Assembly: GCA_965153455.1 (NCBI GenBank)
Contig: OZ234493.1
Location: 34,028,213-34,092,212 of the forward strand
Direction of reading: 5' to 3'
Source of the DNA: Sphagnum compactum
Lineage: Eukaryota
DNA: 64,000 nt
Shown: positions 1-13,100 of the stretch, one piece after another
Layout of the letters: the number at the start of each line of letters is the position of its first letter
Position numbering within the stretch: the first letter of the stretch is position 1
Made by a program: the position numbers and the translations under genes
The notes under the pieces: model-generated
Database searches by the model: none
What the model was told of the DNA's origin: nothing
What the model saw: only the letters and a program-made list of their open reading frames with translations

Positions 1-3000
1 GAATAGTATCAGAGAAATGGAGGTAAGAACACGGTAACCAATCGCCATCCCTGCCAGTATGAGAACGTTTTCCCACTTGCCTATTCTCGCCTTTGGTACT
101 TGGAAGGTGGTTTGCAAAGTAACTTGCGGGGATATTGCAGGTGCATTTGGAATGTTGGATGGAAATGTTACCCCTGTATACTCATTTTCCAAAAGCCCCT
201 GTGTGTGGCAACCATCATCAACCCCCTCCCCTCAATTAGTTCTTGATGTAGATTGGAAACAATGTGTAGAGTTAGTTGGCAAAATCCGAGAGAAATAATA
301 TCCATTCCATGATTTGATGAAAAACACAAACAAAAATGAGTTCAAGAAAGACCTGGATGGCATAAGTGTAAAATGAAAGATAGGATACTGGGTAAGTCCA
401 CACTGGCTTTGGTAGCTCATCTCCCAGCCGGAAATATCCCGCAACCAGCAGCATCAGTATCTGTCACCAGCAAAGAATCCAGCATGCATCAGATGAAATG
501 CTTCTTCCCAAACCGAAAGCACCGGATGCAAAAATGGACTCAGTATTCACACATTCATGAATGTAGTAGCAGCTTTGAGAGAGAGAGAGAGAGCTCAGGA
601 AATTGCAAGTATGTAGGTAGGTAAGTGTTCAGAAGACTGGTGTACCTGGATGCAAAGTGTGGTAATGATCCCTTCAAAAACTTTGGGCAAGGCGGTTGCT
701 ATGAACATCATCAGGCCATCCATGATAGCAAAACACATGAAGACATTGATCACAAAATACATAAAGTGGGTGAAAGATGGATGAAGTCCAATGAGGAAGT
801 ATGAGATTGAAGAGCACACAAGTGCCAGCACCAGTAAGAAAGGAATTGATGCCAACAGGTTTGCAAAGACAAACTTGCTGCTGATTGCTGTACTACGTCT
901 GTTTGCAATTTCTTGAGAAACAACCTGTTGGGGAAAGCCAAATTATCAGAGCCACCACACAATTTGGTGCATGACTACCAGAGACATGAGACGTAGATTT
1001 CCACATAATCCATCTGTAACAGGTCAGATTACATACCAAACCCAACAAGCATAACTAAAAGTATAGCCTTCATGAGATGACTCAGAAAGAGAGCAGACAA
1101 ACGGTTCACAAAAGAAACTAACCTTAACTTCTTTTACGATAGCAGGAAAACCTGCGATTGATAGAAACCCAAGAAACGCAACTGTCACAAAGATGGCAGC
1201 TGCTCTTCCCTGGCCAACACATCACCAGTTCAGACAATCATTTACATCAATACTGCAGAGAAAATGAACTTCAAAGATTTCTAAAAAGTGCAGATGTGGA
1301 AATTTCTGAAATCATGTCCAAAACATCATCACATCATCATATTGCCCATAGGATTTCTGATGTGATGAGAAAACAATGTAAAAAGAGTGTAAAAACAAGG
1401 GATACTATCCACACATTCCCACAGTCAATCTATACATTTGTGCTTACCCGAATGGAGTTGAAGGAATGGCCAAGATTGTAAAACATAGTCCCAATGCACA
1501 AGGTTAGCACTGTGGAGAGCAGCAACCGCAGCCAATAGTAGCCAAAATTACGTCCCATGCTCACACATGAACGCCATGTCAAAACTGACATGCACATCAA
1601 CAGGCCAGCATGGCCTGCGCTTTCCAAAATTGGCCCTTCCTGAACATACATGAAAATTCACCGAACTTTTACACACTCGAGAGAAAATATGAGTGACTAC
1701 TGACAGATCACAGAATGAAATAGAAAGTCTTCCCTGTTGACAGACTGATCACGGTGGTAGCAGTATCCTGAAGAGAGGTACAGTACAGCAGCATCTAGGG
1801 TTGGTTGCCAAACATAATAGTTGACTTTTTTTTCTCTTGGAAGTAGTGGTGTGCCAAATCCTTAAAAGACATAGGTGAGATGTTGAAGGGTTTTTCCATA
1901 CATTTTCGCAAAGCTGAACCACAAGAGACTGCACAAGTCCGAAGTCAGATGAAGCTTGAAAAGTTGCTTCCAACGTGCGTAATGCCACAGATGACTCAAT
2001 TTGGCTCCATGCTTGGTCCCCAGATTCCTCATCCTATACAATAACATATCACCACAAAAAAAACTGTCAATTCCAGAGTGCAGCAACCCATCATTGGCAA
2101 AGTTCATCTCTATAAACATTTTGCTTCAGAGAAGGATTTTTTCCACTTGTGGATGGAGTGTTTGGAGCCTAAACCTGCCCAAACTTGAATACAGAATTGA
2201 TGTTGTCCAGGTTGGGATCGATAACACCCAGAAAGTAGTCAGTTGGATTTTGCAAGCGAGGACATGGAAATCCTGAGTTTGCAAAATGCTGCAATCACAT
2301 TTGGATGCACCCACCACTTTTAGCATGTGTATGACAGCAGACATACACAATCAAAGCTAAGTAGAGCTAGACGATAACCCTATTTGTTGTTGAGGAGATT
2401 GTGAGGAGGAGAAGCTTAGAAAGGGTTTTGTGGCTCGTATTCTAAAACTCAAACAAGGAATGTATGTGTGTGTGAGAGAACATACATCAAGAGCACCTCT
2501 GGACGGCCCAAAATAGACAGTAACACCAAGAGAGAGAAGACACAGCTGGTCCAGCAGAGGCCATGCATGACTCGTAGCTTGCTGCATTGTGGTTACAATT
2601 GTACACCGTCGGGTCCATGCTAACTTCCTCAGCGTAGCAATCACTAGAACACTTCCCACACTGCAATAACATCCCAAGACAGACCCACTCAGTGCCCACC
2701 CACCACAATAGATGATTACAGTCAAAAAACCTAACAAGAGTCCTTAGCTCACAAAGCATGTCAGATCATCATCAGGAATAGCAGTGACAATGAGCTGCCA
2801 CAACCAACTTCCCAGTTACTTCATCAGCTCCACAAAGACTGTAGAAAGACAAGTAAGAAAAAATAGAGAGGGGGAGGGAGATGAGGGAATTAGAAGCAGG
2901 GGCGAAGAAGGAGGAAGGAAGGAAGGAAGGAAGGAAGGGGGTTCTCTACCTATCGAGGCCATATGTGGGTTCTTCCAGAAATAGCAAGTATGGGCATGAG

Positions 3001-4266
3001 AGCATGTGCACAGCTAAACTGAGCCGTTTCCTTTCCACTTGGGAGAGACCACCAGTTTCATGTGAGCACCCGATGCGGACACTCACCAGATCTTCCAAGT
3101 CCATCTCTGAAATGGATGCATCAACCCGGGAAAGCTTTTTGGAAAGAGGTAGCCGACTTGGAAGTTGCGAGAGAGCAGAATAGTAAAGAAGTTCGCGAAC
3201 TGTCAGTGATTCAATCAGTTCTTCATCTGGTCTCATGTATGCCTGCCATGGGCCCCAGAAAAACAAAACCAGACAACCTTTGATCATCATGATTCCTCAA
3301 TTCTGATCAAGAAATTCAAATGGATATTGAGATGCTCAAAGAAACAAGCTTTCTTGACACTGGTGATACATATGGAGAAAGAAAGAAAAGGGCCCGGGAG
3401 CTTACATATGTGCCATATGGAAGCTGTTGTCGGAAACCATTGAGCAGAATTTCTCCATACAATTTTGCATTCTTGGGAAGCTGGTCTGTTACAGATCCCG
3501 AATGAAAACACAACAGAAATTCAGCAGAAAGCAAGATTTTCCCACTAAACAGATGCAAATACAGACAACTCCAGATGACTCTGTCACCTCCAAGAAATGC
3601 CATTGTGTGTGCTTTCTTGCATTATAGAGCAAATGGAGTTGAGGAGGAATAAATGAATCCAACAAGCAATTTGTGATCTCAAGTCATGTGCATTCTGCAC
3701 CTACCTGCCAAAGCTTTCAACAAAGTTTTCTTCCCAGAACATGCAGGACCCATGATGGAGAGCACAGAACCCGGTCGAGCGAATCCAGTAGCACTCTTCA
3801 GTAGCTTTGTAGGAGCTTCTCCTCTTTTCCCACCATTCAATGTGACAGTCAGATCCCGCCATACAAGAGTTGCACCCTTCTCAGGTTTCTTTGGGTCCGG
3901 AGTTTCCATAGCATTACTTGGTGAGAACATTACAGCCCTCGGGATGTCCTGCAGGGTTGATGGTGGCACGGACATCATGGCAGATATATTGCTCTTTGAA
4001 ACTGGCTGATGGTCCTGCTGCTGCTGTGCTAGAAGAGGTAAGTACTTTGTGGGAGATTCCGGAGGCTGCATGAGCCGGTGGTGGCTTCCAGCTGCTGCTT
4101 GCAGATGGTCTCCGTCAGATGACGGGCACCGAATCTCATGCTCTTGCATTGTGGTGCCTGCTAGGCCTAATGGACTCCGACCTGGTCCCTGCTTTTTGTT
4201 TGCAGATTGTTGAACACTTGCAGATAAAAGGTCTGTTGCTGTTGTGGGTGATGATGCATCACCCAT
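1..4266 (-). CDS. ABCG half-size ABC transporter (NBD-TMD, WBC/ABCG3-like) with degenerate ATPase motifs; 3' end beyond the window edge
   Basis: Hand-spliced GT-AG exons: 3705-4266, 3406-3485, 2950-3242, 2486-2660, 2175-2288, 1902-2033, 1448-1639, 1123-1209, 646-924, 353-460, 1-198. The reading frame is continuous across junctions. Motifs: LVWRDLTV, ATGFARPGSVLSIMGPACSGKKTLL, LTVRELLYYSA, FPCPRLQNPTDYFL, YYWLRLLL, GYFRL..ELPKPVWTYP, GLLENEY, KWENVLILAGMAIGYR. Confidence 0.92.
2715..2845 (-). mobile_element. Short, decayed copy of the Penelope-like 3'-end repeat in ABCG intron 3
   Basis: gctcacaaagcatgtcagatcatc...gaatagcagtgacaatgagctgcca...cttcatcagctcc aligns by eye with 38252-38333 and 38969-39050. 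Confidence 0.7.
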
Positions 4267-5481
4267 CTTGGCAGCTGTTGCAAGAAAGAAAGAGAGAAAG
4301 AGAGAGAGAGTTCAATTTGAGAGGAAAGTGCAGAGCACTCCAAGTGAAGCAGAAGAAGAAGACTTGATTGCAAAACTGTCGCCTTCTACTTTGAGCATCC
4401 TGGCCACCAAATGCCCCAAGAACTTGTCAAGTCTAATGACAACAAGTTTGTGCAAGACTACAAGCATAACACATTTCACAACATCCGTTGGAGAAGGAGA
4501 GAGAGAGAGCGAAAGAGAGAGACAGAGACACAGAGTCACAAAAACATGCACATACACTGTGTGAGAGGTCTTGTTTTTCTACAATGCTAGCAAACTTTGT
4601 TGTGGGTGTCTTCTCGCACACAACATCATCACAGCAAGCAACTGACACCCACTACAAAACAAGAAGAGTACAAGCTCATACCATGTTGTAAAACAGCAAC
4701 GAAGCTCACACAACAGAAAGAAGCAAGAAGAAGCAGAAGAACAACACAGCACTAACAGCAGGAGAAAAACACGGCACTAACGACAGCTTTCAACACCTTG
4801 CAATCAAAGTAGCAGAAGAAGAAGAAGAAGAAAGAAGTTATTGCTGCAGAGACATACCCATTATAGCCGCCGCTGCCGCCGCCGCCTTCTTCAACAGTCC
4901 GCTTGCAGTTTGCCACCTTTTGTATATTATATCGAAAAATGGGGGTGGAAGGAAGGTTCACGAACTTTTTTTGTTTTGTTTTTTGCTTTCAGCTGAGCTG
5001 CAAAATGTGTTGGAGAATCCTCCTTTCTTTCAAGACACAAAAAAACCACTCAAAAAATGAAGCTCACGTACTATATAAGTGGTACTAGTAGTCCTAGACT
5101 TCTTCCTCCTCCTCACACCAAAACAACTTCATCTGCAAAACAAAACAGTGACCCACTTCAGGAACAGAAATACAGCAGCTGTTGGAGTGCAGCTGCATGT
5201 TTGCATGGACTGCAGTGCTCAAGCTACAAAGTCAAGGAACAGGAATCAAACAAACAATGCAGCTGGCTGCTTATAACAAAAAAGCCAGAGAAAAACAGGG
5301 GGGTGAAAAAAAAAGATAAAAGATGCAATGGTAGCTACAACAAAATTCCCCAAAGACACAGAGAGACGAAGAAGAAGAAGAAGAAGAAGAAAGAATGATA
5401 CAACAGTAGCAACAACAACTTTCCACAGAGCAAAAGAGAGAAAGAAAACTGATGCAACAGTACAGAGGTGGCAACAAAAAC

Positions 5482-5500
5482 AAAGAGAGAGAGGGAGAGA

Positions 5501-5553
<53 letters not shown>

Positions 5554-5560
5554 AGAAGAA
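5482..5560. repeat. (GA)n/(GAA)n microsatellite within the SSR-rich upstream/5' UTR region of the ABCG gene (about 4280-6060)
   Basis: Direct reading: gagagagagggagagagagggagagagaga... followed by gaagaagaag. Confidence 0.95.
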
Positions 5561-7684
5561 GCAGTGCTCAGCTGATGCAAAAGTGGGAAAAACAAAATTT
5601 GAGAGAGAGAGAAGAACAAGAAAGAAAAACAAGAACAAGAAGCTGATGAAGCAAAGTGGCAAAAAGAATAAGATTCCTGAGAGGGAAAAGCAGCAGCAGC
5701 TGATGCAGCTTGCAACCAAAATTCCTTACCAAAAATGCTTGACAACACGGCAGTAGTAGTAATTATGAAAAAACTGTTTCTTCTTAGACTTCTACCAACT
5801 CCTCCTCCTCCTGTCAGCTGCTGCTGCTGCTTTGCAGCTTGCATGCACTTGTTGTACCCTCCTCCTACTTCTCCTGAGTCTGCTTTCCTCCCAGGGCTCC
5901 TAACTCACCAGTGTGCAGTGAGATTTGTGTATGTCAGCAGCAACAGCAAGCAACAGCAGGCATTTTTCTTCTTGTTCTTGTTCTTGTCCACAACTAGTGT
6001 GTTAGTTAGTGAATCTGGAAATTTCTCCTCTCCCCAGCAGCAACAACAAACAACAAATAACAATACTGTCTCTCTAGCCTAAACCCAAAAACCCCTTTTT
6101 TAATTGAGAATGTGTTTTTTGGCAATTTTACTTCAACACTTCTCTTCTCTCTCCAAAATCTTCTCTTTGATGAAGAGTGGCATATTTTCCATATAATACC
6201 ATTTGGTGTCTTTCCCAATCCAATTGTGCATATTCTACTCATTGAGGATTGATTTAGATCTTTTTTCTTGGGGGTTTTTTTTTTTTTTTTTCCTTCTTTT
6301 TTTGGGGTGGGTTGCCTTGCTTTTTTGGCATTTGATCCATCATCCAACAAGAGGAATGATGGGATGGAAGAGGGTGAGTCGGTGGGGGTGGAGGGGGGAA
6401 GAGAGGCTGGGCTGTCTGCAAGCTTCAGCTAGGTACACCATTTGTAGGAGTGAATAGAGATTTGTTTGTTTTTTGGGGTTTTCTTTGGTAGAGTAATAAA
6501 AAAAAATAGTTGTGAAGGTTTGATGACACTCTCTGAATTGAATTCAACACTGTGTGAATTGAATGAAAGCTTCCCAACCCACCCCCTCATTATGGCTCAA
6601 CTATTAAGAAACTCAACTTTGAATTGCAAATTTCCATTTCCATTTATTGAACTTTTCTACAAACCTCCTTCCTCCAATACCTCAACTCCTCAAGGTTTAT
6701 ATAAAAGAGGGAGATTAGAGAGAGAGAGAGAGAGATGAGATGCTATAGCAACAAAAAGTTGATAACAATAGTGGGTGGGACTTTGGCCAAATCCCCATCC
6801 CAAGAACCAACCCAAATTTTGGGCAAATTTGAAAATGTTTTTCGTTGTCAATTCGAATACCTACTAATTTCTATGCTGGAATCATAACAAGATAGAGAGA
6901 GAGAGAGAGAAAGTGGAAATCCCTATTTGATTTGAGGCAATTGGTGCTAGTCTGAAATATCTGCACCTTTCCTTCAAGGAAGGAGGAGCAGTGTTTTTTT
7001 TTTTTTTTCTTTTTCCCCACATTTTTGAGGTGTGTGGGTTGGTGATGATCCACAAGAAGACTTTGCCAAATTTGTCTAAATATGGCGATTTTTTTATTAA
7101 AAAACAATCCTCATAATGCGGTTGATTTTGGGCCATATTGTTTCCCCCAAAAAAACTTGGCTTTGTATATGTTGCACTGCCTTCTTATTTGTTGCCAGGA
7201 TGTGAAAATTTGCACAAAAACAAGAAAAACAAAAACACTAATGGGGAGGAGGGGAGGACTATTTTGTTTGCAAGTTTGGGTTTCAATTTTAAGTTAGCAA
7301 TTTTCGAATTTATGAACAGATAGATACATATTAAATATTTTTTCAGAATTATTTTTTGCTTCCTATATAGGCTAGCCAAGGGTTTTGCAATTGAAAGCAT
7401 GGCTATCAATTTGCAAGAAAAATGGGGCCTCCCCACCCTCACTCAAGAACATAGAGTTTGGGTGATCACTATTAAATGCACTCACTCGGTCACAATAGCA
7501 ATGGGACTCTTTTCTTTTTTTTAAATGAAAAAAATTCACCACATGGTAGGTAGGTCAAACAAACCCAAGTCTTGTGAAACACAAGTTACAACACTTGTGG
7601 AAGGGTGGCCTGACTATTGTTGCAACCCTAAAACCAGCACCTACATGAATGGGTTACCCATGGTGAAAACAAAACCTCAAACTG

Positions 7685-7704
7685 TTTAGGGTTTAGGGTT
7701 TAGG
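7685..7704 (+). repeat. Short interstitial plant telomeric repeat (TTTAGGG)x~3
   Basis: tttagggtttagggtttagg. Confidence 0.8.
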
Positions 7705-9767
7705 ATTCTAAACATTATAATAGAATATCCCATCCCTAGACTGAATAGGTAGGGTGTTCTTAGGAAGTGCTCTTTAGTCTAGGCCCAAATTGTGACACAG
7801 CCAATATTAGGAATAGAATTTCCATGCAACCAAATGAGAAGTCACAACATCATGTAGTGAAGGAGCCTCCTCCCCCTTTGTTTCCTTAGGGTCTGTTAGT
7901 CCAAATGTTAACATTTTCCTTTGATTAGCTCTATCAGAGCTTACTTACTCAAGAAGGTGAAGGTACCACCAGAGTAGCCTGGTGCTGCTGGCCCAGTTTC
8001 AAAAAGCTCTGAACAAAAATGGGTGTTTGTTTCTTCAGTTGACTTCTGTCAATCAAATCCACAAAACTGTGACCTAAATATATTCATTGGAATTGGTGTG
8101 TGCACTACTAGGTAGGTACTTGTCAGAAAGAAACCTGCCACATTATGTATGTATGTATGTATGTATGTATGGATGGACTCAAGAGAGTCCAAAAGGTTTT
8201 TGAACCTCACCCACCTCAAGAAAGAAAAAACATATATATAATGTGTTTGTGGGAAGCAAAATGATGAGAAGTTCAAGAATTTGTTAACAGGCACAAAAAT
8301 CATATACCTACTACCTACTTAGTAACTTACATACCAAATGCAGTAGTAGTACAGTAGTACCATGGCAAGTTCAACCTTTCAGTGTTGAATTATTATATTT
8401 TTTTTATTTTGAAGATTGCATGTCCAGAAATATATGTATATTTCAAAAATTAATTTTATTGGAAAAAATTCCATCAAATTCATGTTTTTGAGGGGAAAAA
8501 AAATTTCAATCATTTTTTGGAAAAACAATATGATTAGGCTAGTGTGGGAGCTGCCAAGGTAGGAGAGTATATATTGAGATTGAAGAGGCAGTTGAAGACT
8601 AGTAGTAGTTTAGCTTGGTTGTGGGTACTTAATACTTACTGGTCAGGAGTTGACAGCTTCTAGTCTGAAGTTTGGATGATGCCTTTATATTTTATGGCAG
8701 GACTGGTGTCCAATTTCCCAGAGCAGCAGCAGCAGTTTGGCAGGTTAGAATTTATTGGTAAAAAAATAAATATGTTTACAATTAATTAATTAATTACATT
8801 TGTATTATGTTTAATGGAATTGGAATTGAGTCTGATTTTTGGAATTGGTTCCAGAATCTAAATTCAATTTCTTTTCTTTCAAAGAAGTAGATTCCCCAAT
8901 TTCATTCTGGTGTGAAATCATAACAGGAACCTAAATATTTTTTAAAAAAAATTGAGGGAAAAAAATTAAAAATACTAGAACTGGGGACTAACCAGAGGTT
9001 AAACAGCAATTAGCCACGGGACCAATTAGCCAGAATGACCCAAAACCAGCTCTGATTTTTCAAACCCGAATCAAAATCAAAACCAGAATTTATTTACCTT
9101 TTTTTTTTTTTTTTTTTTTTTTGGGGGGGGGGGGGGGGAAGAATCAGACCCAGAACTGGATTCTTTATTCCATTTATGTGTGAAAGAACCCAAACCATTC
9201 TAATAATGTCTTTTTTTTTTAAGTGTTGGCCAGTACCTCTGGTAAGACTTAAACCAGAACCATAGATACTAACTACTACCCAACACTGTTTGTTGTTATA
9301 GCTCTGATACTGAGACTTGTATAGCCTTGGTATATGAAACTGGTATTACCTCAAGTCCTTACCTTGCCAAGCAAGTATTGGTAACTAGGCTATGTAGTAG
9401 TAGTAGTAGTAGTAGTAGTACCTTAGGTCCCAAGTAGGCAAGTACTGGTACCAGATAGGTATTACCTCAGGGTCACACCTATCTGGTGGGTTCTCTCTCT
9501 CTCATGAGCTGATGATGCCAGGACCAGTTCCAGTCTATATACCAAGGTTGGTTGGTGCCCACTAACACTGGTTAGAACTTGAGCTGTGTGATTTGATTCC
9601 CAAAAAGCAACAATAAACAAACAAGGGGGTGGTGTGTCACACTGTAGCCTTGCCATTCATATTAAAAAATAAGTATCTTTAAGGCAAAAGAAGAATAATG
9701 GAAATTCAAAATATTTCACACGGCAAAAATATAATCTATCTTCAAAAAAAAAAATCCTTTCTAAAAG

Positions 9768-10101
9768 AAACCAAAACCCTTCAAGATGTTATTACTCCGT
9801 AACTAATCTAAGTTTCAACACAAGCCAAAATATCATCTTTCACAAATCCTCATATAGAAATAGACCTACTTACCTAGACCTACTTACCTAGGGGCCAAAA
9901 TCCATTCATAAGCTACTTACCCTCAAAACCCTAAATCTAAACCCTTCAACCCTAAACCCTAAACCAAAACCCTTCAAGATATTATTACTACGTAACTAAT
10001 CTAAAGTTTCAACACAAGCCAAAATATCATCTTTCAAAACAAAATCCTCATATAGAAATAGACCTACTTACCTAGGGGCCAAAATCCATTCATAAGCTAC
10101 T
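9768..10101. repeat. Tandem duplication of a ~140-150 bp unit separated by degenerate CCCTAAA repeats
   Basis: ccaaaacccttcaagat...ggggccaaaatccattcataagctact occurs at about 9771-9917 and 9964-10101; the spacer reads aaaccctaaatctaaacccttcaaccctaaaccctaaa. Confidence 0.9.
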
Positions 10102-13100
10102 ATTATACAACTAGAATGAATCTAAACACAATATCCTTCTTGCCTTGGTAGGCAAGGCCAATATCCTTGCCTTGGCTGCATTTGCAAAGCAAGAATTGAA
10201 TTTGAGGGTGATGGGGGGCGGGGTTTTGGTTGGGTTAGTTGTTTGTGTGTGTGTTTGTGTGTGTGGGGGGGATGTGAGCTTTGTAAGTTTTCATTACAAG
10301 TACAATGACAATTAACACTCTGCTACAATAATAGGGAAGAGTTTCTTAAACCTTCTACACACAAGAATATCCCAAGGAGATCTAAATGCAGCATTCAAAG
10401 TTGTTGTCATTGATACACAAATCAACACCAGCTGCTAATACCCACTACTAATTAATAATATTGTCATTATTGGGTCAGGAGAAGGATTGCACAGTTCACC
10501 AAGCACACTAGTATAGTTACCGTTGTTGTGTAGGCCAGGAGATTGATGCATTATGATTCTTCTTGCTTGATCAATGATGATGATGACTCATGATCAGCTT
10601 CTTGTTGTTGTTGTTTGATCTTCTTACCGTTTGTACCTCCCCCGCCCCCAACCATATTCACAACTCTCTATAAGAAGAAATGGTGTTCTGATGATCTGAC
10701 AACAATTTTTTATAATAATGAAGGACGAATCAGCTTCACAACTGCTTGCTCCCATTTTTCAATTAGACACCCACCCAAAAAACAGAATTATAAACAAATC
10801 TCTGGCCTAACTCTGTCACCCTTTGCAGTGGAAGATTGGAGGCTGCGATTTTGAAAGGTTTGTTTTGGGACTGTTTTTTGTGGATCTCAGATCTTTCACA
10901 TTCTTTCTTTGCCATCTCTGTTCTTGATTAATTTCGTTGACTGATCTCAGATCTTTACATCTTCCTGCTACTGATGTTTTATTCAATCAAAAATCCAACA
11001 CTTGGGAGGATGTGGAACTTGGAACCCAAATAAATAGCCGCATCCAAAAGAAAACCAAGAAAACCAGGGTGGGTCCTCACCCTGGTTTTGCAGTGTACTC
11101 TTTTTCTCTTTGCAATGGACTTGTCCTTTGTGTCAGAAGAAGAAAAAAAAGGGCAAAAAACCCAAACAAAGGACATCTGATTTGCTTCTGATTGCACAAA
11201 ATTGCAATTGGGCACTTCCAGACTTTATTACCGCAGGAGTGGGGTGCAAGAAGCAACATTTTTGTCAATAAGGTTCTTTTGCTCATTCTGAGACATGAAA
11301 AATTTATAAAGAGCATGTATTTCTTTCCAGGAATGAAAACTATCTCCTTACAGTTGTTGTTCTATCATCTGCTTCTTCTATATCAGTTAACCCGAGAGCT
11401 GAACTTGAAACAAAAACCCTACACTTTTTACTACTCTGAATCCAAGGGAGTGAAGTGGCCTAATGACAACATTGGGCCACCCTACCACGACTATTTAAAA
11501 ATTCAGAACTAAGTTAAGCGATATTCAAAAAATGTGATTCCACTTGTATGGAGATGTGAATCAACTTTGCACTGTTTTAGTCAAAATGCTTTTTTCAACA
11601 GTTTGTGATGCTACTACCAACCTTACTTACTCACAGTGAATCATTTTGTTTTATGCTGTTCTCAAAGTCATCTGCTTGCTTGCTTGCTTGCTTACTCACC
11701 TGTGGCATCAATCCAAGCTCAGTCATGAGCACATCATTCACGAGCCAAACCAAATTATGCCCACGAAACCCAATAAATGTGCATAGATCTCTTTGAGTCT
11801 TGAAGGAAGATTTATTTGAGAGAAAAGAACATATAAAATTCTTGTCCAGAACAAACTCCTTGCCTCTTTCTTGACCACAAATATGACAATAAATTCTTAG
11901 TCAACTACTAAACCACATTTACAAGTACGGGATAGAGACTAAGTGACTGAATTTATGTGTGAAATAAATACCAGTCTTGGGCGGTTCTTTGAGCTTTTAA
12001 AGAACCACTAGCCTAGTTCCGATTCTTTTAAATCTTTCATAATCAAAGAACTGTCAATTCTGATCATTTCAAACATCTCAAAGAACTGGCAGTTTTCATC
12101 AAAGAATCAGAGGTCCTCTGGCCAGTTCTTTTTGACTTTGGAAATTTGGCAATCACACTTATATTCCCAAGACCTGGTTGCTTTGAAAATTTTGGGAATC
12201 GACGGATAAGTGTGTATATATATATGGGTTGATAATACCAGTGGGTATCCATCTCTCATTTTGAGAGCCACCCAACACTGGTAAATATGGCTTCTGAATT
12301 TCAAGCTGTGAATCCTTTGTGCCTGCACCCTGAGTATCTTATTGTCACTTTGATGAATTGCTTCCTCACGAGCCTTTGAAACCTTAAACCCTAAACCCTA
12401 AACAAAGTTCAAAACCAAAACCTAGCCTCTCAACGACAAAGCAAGCAGAGCAATTAGCCAAGATTGATGAGGGAGCAGTAATGTTGATTAAGTAAATGTG
12501 TTAACTAATTAGGTCTTGTTTTTGTAGTTGTTGTGGGTTAATTAAGATCATTAGATACTTCATAAAGTCTATAAACTGAAATTGGAACATTTTAAAAGTA
12601 GCCTCAAACTCCTCTGATCTGACTTATGACAGTTTAACATTTTCAAATATTCAATTCAAAATTGCGACGACTCGACAATATTGTGACAATATATTCAACA
12701 TTCACAAAATTTCAATATCTCCCACACCTTAGGTAACAAAATTTCCAAATCAGCTTCATTAAATCATACTCATGGAGGGCTTTCAGGGAATACCAAGATC
12801 ATGCCCAAATTCCCATGTAATGTTTAGTTTTGATTTTATATGAATTTTGATTTCAGAAAAAAATTATGTTCAATATTCAATAACTTCTCCAATGTAGGTT
12901 GAAACATTACAAAGCCAACTCAATGCACCCCTACTACTCATTGAGTGCTTTCTGATGATACCAATAGCATGGCAAGAGGCACTGTGATTTGGGAGATCTC
13001 AACATGACAAACAAAACAAATAAACAAACTACTTTCATAGATAGATATGAAGGGAACTTTTTTGATTGCCAAAACATCCCCTTTTGTAAATATGATATTT

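Noticed and set aside
5057-6082. Long overlapping ORFs (113-169 aa) with RERE, SLSL and poly-Q/F tracts
   Set aside because: Artefacts of GA/GAA/CAG microsatellites that lack stop codons; no domain content.
9098-9138. Long T run abutting a long G run
   Set aside because: Simple homopolymers, prone to slippage or assembly error; no further structure supported.
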